From NCBI RefSeq assembly GCF_009914755.1, contig NC_060931.1: a stretch of DNA of 64,000 nucleotides, one strand, 5' to 3'. Numbering within the stretch: the first letter of the stretch is position 1; every line of letters begins with the position of its first letter. Shown one piece after another: positions 48,819 through 64,000 of this stretch. Position numbers and translations under genes: made by a program. The notes under the pieces are model-generated. The model did no database searches, had not been told where the DNA came from, and was given only the letters and a program-made list of their open reading frames with translations. The DNA is from the human T2T-CHM13v2.0 reference genome, Homo sapiens.

Positions 48819-49389
48819 TTGTGTTCAATTTTAAAACATTTTGTGGAAAGAAAACCTATCCATCTACAAGCTTATTCCAAGTAACATAGTGTTTTAGAAT
48901 TAATGGAAGGATTTATGTAATACTTCTGATTGGGTTGAGTTTTTTTGAATTTCTTGCTACTCACTAATAACAAGAAGAGGGAAAAAGAAATTTGGTTTTC
49001 TTAAGGGAAGGGCCACGTTAAGGTATCAAACTTTGGTATTTCTATAAAGGAATATTACAGAAGAATTCTACTGAACATTAGTGTGCCAACTCAGAATCAA
49101 TCAAAGTTTTATAATAATTCTTATTTCTGTCATAGTCCTCACCGTCTTACAAGCTTAGCACATCCCCTCAAAGTTCAGTAGTGGCTCCTGCTGAACTTTC
49201 ACCCATTTACCTTCTTTCTAGTTAATGTGAATGGGAAGACTGCCCTAAAGGAGTTGGTGTGACCACTGCATAAGGGATATGATCTAGGGCTTCCCAGCTT
49301 TTAGAAAACACTCTTTATTTAATAAAACACAGCTCTTTAGTGTTGTGTCTTGGTTGGTAAAAAATAATTGGTTGGTAAAAAAATTTGCA

Positions 49390-49727
<338 letters not shown>

Positions 49728-50742
49728 TTAATAAGGTATTACTCTCACTTAGGAATTTCTCAGCCATTCTCTCTTAAATAGCAGGAAAATACCTTTGCTC
49801 AGTATTTTGAACAGCAATAAAAAGGAATAGGGAGGAGCTAGTCTTCAATAACACGATTGTCTCATTTGCTAGCTTTTCTTTGCCAAAGACTTTTGAGGCT
49901 TTCTTTCAGATACCACGTAAGTCATTGACTCCTGACTTGGTCTGAAAGTACTTCATTAGGTTGCTACTGATAGCCACTTAGCCAAGAAAGATAACCTCTG
50001 AGCACCCTCTAGTGTATTGCCGATGGATTTCCAGACCTTACTTGTAAAATGTTAAAGTGTCTTTTAATCCCCAAGAAAAAAACCGTTGCTCCAGCTCCCA
50101 TGTTGGGCCAAAGTTTCAATTTAAAGTTTTAACGAGTGTCTTACTCATGTTCCCATTTACATATTAGTGTAATGAAATTTCCACTGAAACTATCCCTGCC
50201 ACCAAAGGAAATATGAGAAGTCTCTCAAATCTTCTTTCAGGAGAAAAATTTAGCAGAGAAGGTATATTACAACATCTCCCTTTTGTTAAAAATCACCAGC
50301 AAAAAGGGACTTCATATCCCTCAGAGAATAGGACTCACACCACATATAACAGCTGACAGTACTCACATCTCTGATTTCCAGCAGGGAAATAAGCCGGGAT
50401 GAAGCCTGAAGAACCCCAATCTCAAGAACTGACGAGGTAGACTTTCAAGGTTACGTTCCATCAATCACTGGAAAACTTCTCCTGGAGCCTCTGCTCCTCA
50501 GCTGTTTTCATGTGAAGGATTTTCTTAGCCCTGTTCAGACAGCTTTACTGCTGAAAGGTTGGGGAACACTTCCTTTTAAAGACTGTCTTTATTAATGTGT
50601 TTTACTTCCCCTGAGAGATCTTTAGTCCCTTCTGGTAGTAACCTCGACTGACATGCATGGAGATCAGCAATAACTTTTTCTGTGTTTCAACATTTTAATA
50701 TTTCCTCCTCCTCCCACTCCAGCTCTCTGTACTTTTCCATAG

Positions 50743-50825
50743 GAAATCTGGTTGATTGACTTTCATGAGTATCCAGCCAGCTTGATGCCCGATATTCTTT
50801 TGGCAAGAAGTAATCCTTTTCATAG
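50743..50825 (+). CDS. AHCYL2: Candidate 83-nt cassette exon of AHCYL2 (EIWLIDFHEYPASLMPDILLARSNPFH-R)
   Basis: Long pyrimidine tract ending ...acttttccatAG, open in phase 0 for 27 codons + 2 nt, TAG|GTAAAG donor. Usage is not demonstrable from sequence alone. Confidence 0.4.
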
Positions 50826-51495
50826 GTAAAGAGTTAGTTCAAGCCGCTCATTTGGCTTGGAAGAGAGAGGTGTTTTGAGGAATATCTGAACCATATCTAC
50901 TTGGAAGTAGAGACAAAAATCTCCAAAGTGTCTGATAAATGGTGGTAGAGGTAGCTTGACTATCACTCTAGGTCAGGATTGGTGCTTAAAACAGAAAGCC
51001 ATTTGAAAAACTGATGAAAACTATGGGCTCTCTCCCCAGGATATTAAAAACACAAAATTTTGCATACTGTTGTAGGGGGTTCTAGACATCCATGGAATAT
51101 AGGTTAAGAACACTTAATTTGAAAGAATAGAAATATTAATATTTTAGACTTGCATATCAATATGTAGTTTTCAAAACCCTCTCACATCTTATTATCTCAG
51201 CATACATTTTAAATAGGCAAAGTAGATATGATTATCCCTATTTTAGAAATGATGACAGACCTTAGGAAGTAGAGACACAGATACATCCTTTGTAGTATTA
51301 CTTTATGTACTTGAAAAGGAATTAATTGGTTTCTCTTGGCCTTGATCCTCTTTAGGATAAATAGATCTTCTGTCCTCCCCATGAGTCCTGTTTTTCTTAA
51401 TATATTACCTGTCTCTTCTTAAGAGCCTTAAGTTACGGAAAGCAGAATTAGACCCAGTTTTCTTTAGACCCTGTTTTGGGTGTAAAGAAAGATCA

Positions 51496-51813
<318 letters not shown>

Positions 51814-51971
51814 GGATCACCTCATTGTATTCTCTGACCTTTCAAATAACCTTTACTTTTCTGCCTGTGAACGTGCCTCCATGGTTATAGCCATGATAGG
51901 ATAGAATGGTTGGTTAAGTAGAGTCAAGAGAATCAGGGCTGCTTTACTCACGCTTGGAGAAAGTGTTAGAG

Positions 51972-52218
51972 CAGTGGTTTCCAAAGTGTGGTCTTCAGAC
52001 TGGTAGCATCAGCGTCTCCCGGGGAGTTACTCAAAACACAAAATCTTCAACCAGAGAATTGGAAGCTGAAAAAAATTTTTTTTTTTAAATTACAAAATAC
52101 AAAATCTTGGGCCCTCTCCAGACCTAATAATTCAAAAACTCTGGTGGTTAAGATCCAGCAATGTGCTTTAATAAGCTCTCCAGGTGATTTTGATGCAGCT
52201 AAAATTTGAAAGTTACTG
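51972..52218. mobile_element. MER5A-like hAT MITE with an internal insertion
   Basis: cagtggtttccaaagtgtggtc...agcatcagc...ctccaggtgattttgatgca...tttgaaagttactg. Confidence 0.8.
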
Positions 52219-52237
52219 TGTTCTATAAAAACTTATT

Positions 52238-52610
<373 letters not shown>

Positions 52611-53184
52611 TTAAGTGGTAAGGCTTTTCCTGTCTCCTAAAATGTCTTCTGGTTCTATTTGGTATAGATATGCCAGTCCTTCTGGCTCAAGTTATCTGAC
52701 TTAAGTCATTGGACCAAGGAGCTCCTTTTTACCTGAGTGAGGGAAAGGGGAACCAGCTTAGTACATGCGGACTGGGGTGAACATTCTTGTTAGGAGGAGC
52801 AAAAGTTGAGAGATTCATCAAGCAAGCAAATGATCTGTCTCACTTTGTGAAATTATGAGTAAGAGATCAGAATTGCTGTGGGTGATGGTGAATATTCATA
52901 TTTGAGTTCAATTAATTTCTGTTTCCATTTCTGGTAGTGACATTGGGCAAAGTTGCCTTAAAGAGCTGTTAGAGTTCTAATTCTTATATAATTAGGTGTT
53001 TTAGAATTGTGACTTGATCAGGGCCCCAAGATTATCCGGGATGATGTCATTTCTAAGATGTAATCTGATACGAAAATGAATTTAAAGAGTAATTTTAAAT
53101 TAAATAAATTTAAAGATAAAAGGAATGATTTGAGGCTAGTACACCTAGGACTAGGACCTTTGGTCTTCTGATTAATATTATGAG

Positions 53185-53405
53185 GCATGGTATAGTAGAT
53201 GGAGCTTTGGCTCTAGCATAAACACAGGCTCAAATTCCAGTCCCATCACTTACTTGCTGTGAGACCTTGGACAAATCATTTGTTCTCTTAGAGTTAAACT
53301 TTCCTGCTTTGTCAAGTGAGAATAATACTGCCTAATTCTTAAGATTCTTGTACAAATTAATAGAAGTAACATATACACAGAACTGTGAAAATAGGCACTT
53401 ACCAA
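53185..53405 (+). mobile_element. MIR
   Basis: catggtatagtagatggagc...cacttacttgctgtgagaccttggacaa. Confidence 0.75.
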
Positions 53406-53498
53406 ACTTTTCTCTTCCAGAGATGTCAATAAGCAGTATGCAATGTGACCTTCTCTCTCTAAATAAAGATTATCCTTAAAAAAAAAAAAAAATCTGCC

Positions 53499-53799
<301 letters not shown>

Positions 53800-53849
53800 T
53801 CTGCCATTTTATGTCCTTTCTTGTGCTCAACAAGCAGTCTTTTTTTTTT

Positions 53850-54842
53850 TTTTAATTAAGGAAGAATTGACATCACTTTCCCCCCAATCTCTGTAGCAGA
53901 CAGTTGAGTGTAGCTTTCTTCCTCACTATGTCTCTTTCAGAAATCAGCAAATAAATAATGTGATTCTTTGCCCTTTTGCTTGAATATTTGGCACGTAGTA
54001 AGATTGTTGTGATTCGGGGGACTCTGAGGAGATAAGAAACTTCCCTTTGTAGTCGTCCCTTCCATGAACACACATTTTGTGAAAAAAGCAAACTGGGTCA
54101 CTCTGTGCCAAATCAGCAACAATCTTGAGCTGGGACTAGAAACCAAATGTCAAAACCTGTATAAAAGATGCACAATTCAGAGGAAAGCAGTGAACTGAGA
54201 AAATTGATTTCCTTGGTGACAGAGCTGAAATCAGTGTCCCCAGTCTGGCTAATCCAAGGACACAGAGTGTAGGGTAGGGCCTGTCTGAGTACTTGGCACC
54301 ATTAATTTTTTTTCTTACTCCTTTAATGAAGTCTCTCATTGTTTAAGTGGCTCTGTGGTTAATTTTTTTCTAATGAGACTAGGTTAACTAAAATCATCTG
54401 ACATGGAAAAGGAGGAGGTAAGGTTGAAAAGGAACCTAATTAGCAAGTTAATTATAGCGAGCAAAAAAGTGCAGTGGTTATATAAATAAGCTATTGTTAT
54501 GCGCATGCAAGTTGGGCCTTGTCAAGGGACTTGCAAGGTTTAGAGGTCAGAGGATCCATGTAATTAGGTGTTTAGGAAAAAAACAAGTAAAAGCAAAACA
54601 GCCACTAGAATTAGGAATGGCTGTTGAGCCACTAACAGAAATGCCTTATTAAATTGGGGCTGTACTGCTGAAGGGGTTGTTGGAGCTGCTTCAGGGATTC
54701 CAAGGAAGAGTAGTCCCCCACTCCCCAGCCCAAAAAGCTGGCTGGAACCAGAGCCAACAGAATTGCTGATGAGGAAAGTTTAAAGGCCTGATCACAAGGG
54801 TCCCTGGACCACAGAGGTGGCAGTGGGGCTGGTAATGTCACT
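53850..54842 (+). promoter_or_regulatory. Putative internal promoter/5'UTR of the MLGS isoform
   Basis: Repeat-free block; TATA-like TATAAAAG (54160-54167) and TATATAAATA (54479-54488); short uORF MRKV* at 54769. Confidence 0.5.
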
Positions 54843-54899
54843 ATGCTGGGCAGCAAGAAGAAATACATTGTTAATGGCAACTCTGGGATTAAGGCCCAG
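54843..54899 (+). CDS. AHCYL2: AHCYL2 alternative N-terminal coding exon, MLGSKKKYIVNGNSGIKAQ
   Basis: ACTATG start, in-frame upstream TGA at 54789, 19 codons, CAG|GTGAGG phase-0 donor; repeat-free context; matches a recalled short AHCYL2 isoform N-terminus. Confidence 0.85.
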
Positions 54900-55632
54900 G
54901 TGAGGCTAAGCTCTTATTTACCAGTCTTGCCGCTGCTATAGCCATTATTGTAAAAGGCCGACTGCTTATACTCTTTTTCCCCTCCTTTCCTGCTTTCATC
55001 CCTCCCTCTGGCATAAGGTGAGCTATCCCTCTTTTAACAGTCTCTTTCCCTCCCTTGCCTTAATGCCTGTTGGAATTAGGCAGTTCTCTCTCAAATGGAA
55101 AAGGAGGATTACCTTAAAAGACCCTGGTTCCAGACAAGGTAGGAAAGTTAGGGGTAGAATCTACTAAGGTACCACAATTGGGGTGGGCAGATTACAAAAC
55201 CAATCCATTACAAAATGGACTGTATATTGGTGTTTAATTATTAAGAGGAGGTAAACACCAGGGAGCCACTTAACTCATGTTCTGGTCGTCAGAGAAAGAT
55301 ACTCGTTTCTTGCGGAAAATTGCATAACTTATATTTAAGTGGTTAATCTCACTCTAATATTTTTCTGTCTTAAAGAAACTTGAATTCGGTGTCTAACCAG
55401 TAAGCAAGGTTTTAGAACCCTATGTTCTAAGTGGAGAAAGCCTTGTACAACCTAGTCTTCTTTAGTATTAAAAGATAGCATGAACTTGTCCCAGGAAGGA
55501 GGGATTGCTGTAAATAGAAAACACTATAGAGAAGACAGCTCAGCTCAGATAAACTGGTTTGAGATGATAATGCAGCTAGATAGCTATATGGTTTATTCAC
55601 CTTGAGCCTACAATCTAGAGTATAAGAGTGAC

Positions 55633-55649
55633 TGGCCCCCTCTAGTGGT
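55633..55649 (-). promoter_or_regulatory. CTCF-like motif
   Basis: Reverse complement reads ACCACTAGAGGGGGCCA; one core mismatch. Confidence 0.4.
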
Positions 55650-57003
55650 GTGTGTACATGGTGTGTGTGCATATGCACCCACATGTACATGTACGCAGGT
55701 GTGTGGTTGTGTTGGGGTTGTGTTGAGCATCTGAAACACGGTTTATCTATTCTTCTTTAAAGGGGACACTGGAAAAGTTCCATTATTATTCCTTTTCCTG
55801 GATGGGCTTCTAAAAAAGAATAAAGACATGTGACTGTTTTGAACAAGGTTGGTGAAACGGAAGCCAGAGTTTGCATCCTGACTGCTGTCCACCTCCCCAG
55901 CTTTCCACCTTCCCTCTTCTTCCCAGCTCTTTTTGCCCTTAAAAATCATTTTAACTTTAGACTTGGTTTATGTTTGCCATATTTAGTGAGTATTCAAACA
56001 AGTATAGACAGTGAAGATAGAATAGGCTACTTCAGATATATTGATTCAGCACTTGATTGAGTGCCTAGGATTTGTGCCTGCAGATATAAGGGTGAATAAG
56101 AATCACAGCTTCTCCCTTTATGAGCCTATAGTTTATAGAGAATACCGGTAAGTAGACAGATAGTTACATTCATTGTGGTAAGTGCTGTGCTAGGAGAAAT
56201 GCAATACATGAAAGTTCATGTACGTCCTATGGGAGTACATAGAAAGGGCACTTTATCTTTTTGGAATAAATTGCTAGTTGAGCAAAATAATCATCTTTGT
56301 CATTTTTTTTAGTTCATGAAGAACTTCTTATCCGATGAGTTTTCCTATTGCTGAAAACAATTTGCAAGCCCTAAAGCACTCTGTAGGCTTTATTTGTTGT
56401 TATAGCTATGAAAATGCTATGAATCCCCCTAAAAGGCAATGTGAAGCTATTTCAATTTGGCATTGGTCCCTTGTCGCAATACTCAAGTGACTCATTAGTT
56501 ACCTCTAACTGCAGGAAGTGGAGCCGTCAGTTCCTGCTTTCATTCTGGTGTACTGTATGTTCTGCCCATCAAGGAACCATCTTTTTATCATTAAAGGTAG
56601 AGTCACTTGTCAGACCTTTGATCATTTTCATTAGACCTTCCTCTATGCCACCTTGGATCCAGAATAGGCAATTATACAAACAGAGAAAACAAAAAAGTTA
56701 TTAGTTCAATAAATTGTATGAGCTTTTTTTCCCCAAACAAGTATAGCTTACAAGTGACCTTTGATTTGTAGAGTATTATAAAGTATCAGCTGGAACCTCC
56801 AACAATAGGAGAAAGATAAAATTGTAAGAAAATCATTATCAAATAATCATCCAAAATGCAATGTCCAGAGTATGATATGAGGCTTATACATATTCATTCA
56901 ATTAATCTGCTCCTTCTACATCTATTATAGTTAATGATCAATCTTACTGCTTTTAGGTATTTTATAATATCAAATATTTAAAAATAAATTAATATTTACT
57001 TAC

Positions 57004-57305
<302 letters not shown>

Positions 57306-57695
57306 TTACTAGTACTGGAAAGCTAACTAATATATTTTAAAAAGCTTTAACAAATTAGAGTGGCTACCTGCAAGAGTTACGAGAGCATTGAACCGTAGGG
57401 GTTGGGTAGGGAGTAGATTTATTGAATTTCCTGCTATGTTTCAATTTACACACATTGTCTCATTGAACCCTCTCTAAAACCTGTGAGGTAAGTACTTTTA
57501 TCTCTGTTGTATTTATGGAAAAATGAGACTCACTAAAGCATCTTGAGCAACATTACACAGCTAATGAGTGGCATAGCCAGAATTTAAATGCAATTTCAGA
57601 ATGTTCATTCTTAATGAAAAGGCTTTTTAAAAATTATTAAATCATTACCATTTCCTGAGATTCTTGAAACCTGAATGCAAGTGATTTTGCCTTCC

Positions 57696-57831
57696 TGTAC
57701 CTTGCAATTTTCTCATCTAGATATGTGGAGCTTACAAATATGATAATCTCAAATATTCTTTCTTGTACCTTGCAATTTTCTCATCTAGATATATGGAGCT
57801 TACAAATATGATAATCTGAAATATTCTTTCC
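57696..57831. repeat. 68-bp tandem duplication
   Basis: Units at 57696 and 57764, two internal substitutions. Confidence 0.95.
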
Positions 57832-57938
57832 AGTTTTACTTTTCAGTGAAACTGTATAAAATATTTCTGAATATGACTCAATTTTCTAAAAATTTAACCA
57901 GAATATCCCATTCTCTATTTGTGGGGAGTGGGGTGTCA

Positions 57939-58270
<332 letters not shown>

Positions 58271-58325
58271 GTGTATCAAAGATTTAAATTTGATTAGAAA
58301 CATAGTAGGTAAAGAATGAGACATT

Positions 58326-58445
58326 GCCAGACACAGTGACACATGCTTGTAGTCCCAGCTGTGTGAGAGGATTGCTTGAACCCAGGAGTTCAAGGCCAGC
58401 CTGGGCAATATGGAAAGACCCCATCTCTATTTAAAAAAAAAAAGA
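58326..58445 (+). mobile_element. FLAM-like Alu monomer
   Basis: Monomer with poly-A. Confidence 0.8.
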
Positions 58446-58611
58446 AGAATGAAAAAGTATTCTTATCTTCAAAGGGTCTTAATATCCCAAACATAGGTTG
58501 ATACAATCAGATCAACTGTTAGGGAAGGTGAAAGCCTGTAATACAAGCCTTGAATTGCTGTCTCAAAATGGAGGTTCTTTTTCTTTATATAACTAGGTTT
58601 CTTTTTCTTAG

Positions 58612-58731
<120 letters not shown>

Positions 58732-59729
58732 TGAACTGCTGTGGACCCAGCTGTTGAGGCTAATAAGTACGATCTCAATGGGCCCTCCTGTCTATCCAAG
58801 GCTAATTAAGCATGACCAAGACTGTGCTTTGAATAAATACTTCGAGTCAAAATTTAGACTAAAATGCTAGGTGGAATATTTGGATTTCTCTTGGCAATTC
58901 AGAGTGGAGCTTAATAGAGGCCTCCTCTTCCAATAGAGTCAGAAGAGGGTGATTAAGGAAATTGAATTCTTTAATCTACTCAGAAGGGTGGGAATATGTC
59001 ATTGATGATCTTTCCGGAACAGTATGTGTATATACTTGTGGTCTTTTTTTTTTTTCATCCTTTGAAAATAAAAAAGAAATTCTTCATCCCTCCATCTGGT
59101 ACTTGCAAATTAACAGGGAAACCTCAATTGCCCCAAGAAGTAATGACACACTGTAGCTAGTTCAAGCAAGTGAGCCCTTTGCCTTCTCTCCTAAGCTGTG
59201 ACATTGGACTTCTTGTTATTCCTCCCATCCTTTGCACTGGCATTAACTCAGATACATGTGCCCTGGGACTGAGTTATCATTTAATGCCAGGTGAGCTGTT
59301 ACTGTGTAGGACCCCTTGAAGGCATCGGCTAGTATGCTAAACGCTGCCTAGTATGAGTCGGATTTAATATGGAGTTAGTTTATTTTGCTCTTGTGTTGGG
59401 ATGTGATAGGGAGCTGAGTGCTTGCCCTAGTTACCTCTTCACATTATAAATAGTAATATTCATTAGAAAATGTTTATTATGACCTGAAATTTTATTTGTT
59501 CTTCGTACAAATAGGAAAGTAATATTTGTTATATAAAGTTGAAAAACAGTTGTTTGGGAAGCTGTAGCTTTTAGGCTGGGTAGATTATTTATATACTTTT
59601 TACATTTGTCTTTTTACTTTCCCCCCACAGTAACAGTGAATGATGTAAAGCATATGATATCACTTCCTATGGATTTTTATCTAAAGATACAGAATCTTGT
59701 ACTACCTTTTTTGTGGGGTAGCACAAGAT

Positions 59730-60010
59730 TTGAGACAGGGTCTCACTCTGTCACCCAGGCAGGAGTGCAAGTGGCATGGTCATAGCTCACTGCAGCCTTG
59801 ACCTCACGGACTCAAGTGATCCTCCCACCTCAGTCTCCTGAGTAGCTGAGACCACAGGCACCCACCACCATGCCTGCCTAAATTTAAAATTATTTGTAGA
59901 GATGGAATCTCACCATGTTGCCCAGGCTGGTCTTGAACTTCTGAGCTCAAATGATTCTCCTCAGCCTACCAAAGTTCTGGGATTACAGGCGTGAGCCACT
60001 GCGCCAGGCC
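59730..60010 (-). mobile_element. AluJ-like
   Basis: Antisense Alu. Confidence 0.92.
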
Positions 60011-61266
60011 AGGAAACCTATCTTATTCTGCTGAAATAAGCAGTGTTGAAAATTCACAAACTGGTTAATGTAACTCTGGAAACCACAATAATTGTGAAAA
60101 ATGTGAATTGTAAAATAGTTTGTAACATTTCAAGCTGTGGGTTTGTGCATGTTATCTAAAGATTGATACTAAATAATAATAATATCAAATTTTAACTCCA
60201 GCTCAGTCTCTCCCCTACACACTAGATATACATATCCAACTATATTCCTGCAGAGGAAACCAATACCTGCCTTCCCACCCAGTCCCCATAGGCAGGGAGG
60301 GTACTTTAAAAAATATCTATTTACCTGGAAGAGAGTAATTAATGCTCTTAGTTTCTAAGTGAGCACATAGTGGCTTGGCATAGCTCATTGGTGAATGATA
60401 TAGACTGGTATCATCCTGGTAAACTTGGACCTTTTAGATTAAACTATATGAAATTATCATTTTTATAAGTCAAAAATTGTCTACCTAATGTATCTGTTTA
60501 ATGATACTAAGTTCAGGCACAGGAAGTCAAAACATCCTGGAGATGAAAAAGAACTTAAAGATCTCATTCTGCTTCCCTCTAATTGCTGACCTCTTTGGAA
60601 CATAGGGTGCTACTTACTATACATAGTTATTTATCTCCTGATAAGTTCTTATATAATCCCTGGAATTTAAAGATTTTATTTAAAATTTGCTGGCTTTGGT
60701 TGCCTGATTTAGGGGTATCCCACTGTCCTGGTTACCCTCATCTGGATCTATTTCAGATTAGGTATCATTTTAAAAACATTATGCCTATCAACATAATATT
60801 CTCAGTGGTCTGAACTAATCTACAGGAAGTGTTAGTTCTGTAAACTCAGTGCTTTTAAAATGAAACCCAAAATGTTTGCTTCTTTAGCAGCTGCATCACA
60901 TGCACTGTTACCTTGTTTTGTTTTTTGTTTCTTTCTTTTTCTTTTCCCCTTTGAGTGAATGGTTGTCAAGCCCTTTTAAACAGACTCTGACTAGAAATGC
61001 CTACTATCCTGATTATTGGACTAGGAGTTAGGAGAGACCTAGTTTCTAGTCTTTGATCCATGTTTGATTTGTTGTGTGACGCTGGAAAACTCTTGCACCT
61101 GGCATCTTCGTAACACAGACAATGGAAAGTTATATACAATGATAGAAAAAGAGTTTCATGTGCATCGAATGAAAAGCCAAAAGTAATGGAACTGACTCAC
61201 AACTCTCTAAATATGACAAGACATATATGCAAATATGTGTCAATAAAAACTTGGGGCCCATTTTCA

Positions 61267-61888
<622 letters not shown>

Positions 61889-61899
61889 TTAATAATTTA

Positions 61900-63445
<1,546 letters not shown>

Positions 63446-63679
63446 TGGTGAAAGGTGTTCAGAGACGTTATACTTTTATACCCTTGTTGAGGTCCCTAAT
63501 ATACTCAGTGTGTATGAACAACAAAAGCAGGTTTATGAGATTTCAAAAAAAGATACTTTCCTGTCCAAAGTGCTTGTTTTGCTGAAGATACTCAGAGGCT
63601 TACATAGGCTCTAGCCTCGTCTCCCTTCCTAAGGCTCCTAGTACTAAGTTTTGCCATGCTTTCATTTAGGAACCTCTGC

Positions 63680-63878
63680 CAGCTTTTCTCAACCAGGGAT
63701 CCTCATCTGAATCACAGAACACAGAAAATGATTTTATAGACTTTTCTTAATTTTCCAAAAGATGATACATAACTAGTACTTTCCAGATGCGTAGGAGAGA
63801 AGTTAATTCATTATGTACAATGGATGCTTCAAGGCATTAGGACTTAATTTCTAGCAGAACCCAGGTTGAAAAACGCTG
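63680..63878 (-). mobile_element. hAT-Charlie MITE (MER112-like)
   Basis: TIRs cagcttttctcaaccaggg / cccaggttgaaaaacgctg. Confidence 0.75.
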
Positions 63879-64000
63879 CATTAATCCACGAAACTATTTT
63901 ATAAGAAGCAAACTTCTAAAAAACTCTTCCCCTAAGGAAAAAAACCTCATAAAAACAAATGAACAGAAGAGACTTCTTTTTTAATCAGACCGTTCTCAGT

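Noticed and set aside
58595-58611. Extra AG 15 nt upstream of the exon 2 acceptor
   Set aside because: It sits only a few nt after the likely branch point (TAAC), and its use would give an immediate in-frame TAG.

Overview
Primate (human-type: AluY/AluS/AluJ, L1M, L2, MIR, MER) genomic DNA. It covers the distal part of the large first intron of AHCYL2 (Long-IRBIT; human 7q32.1, location from recall), transcribed on the + strand. The common coding exon 2 (58612/58615-58723, [43 protein letters not shown] acceptor) is present. So are two alternative N-terminal coding exons, 47457-47513 (MEKWDGNEGTSAFHMPEWM) and 54843-54899 (MLGSKKKYIVNGNSGIKAQ), both ending in phase-0 GT donors that fit exon 2. 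A candidate 83-nt cassette exon (50743-50825) can join these two exons in one open frame. The rest is about 50 Alus, old L1/L2/MIR fragments, MaLR/ERV1 solo LTRs and DNA-transposon relics; several carry locally templated inverted insertions. Nearly all ORFs in the supplied track are Alu/L1 artefacts. I see no evidence for a wholly new biological system; the best leads are isoform-level and mutational-mechanism observations. Repeat boundaries are read by eye and approximate, and subfamily names come from recalled consensus sequences.
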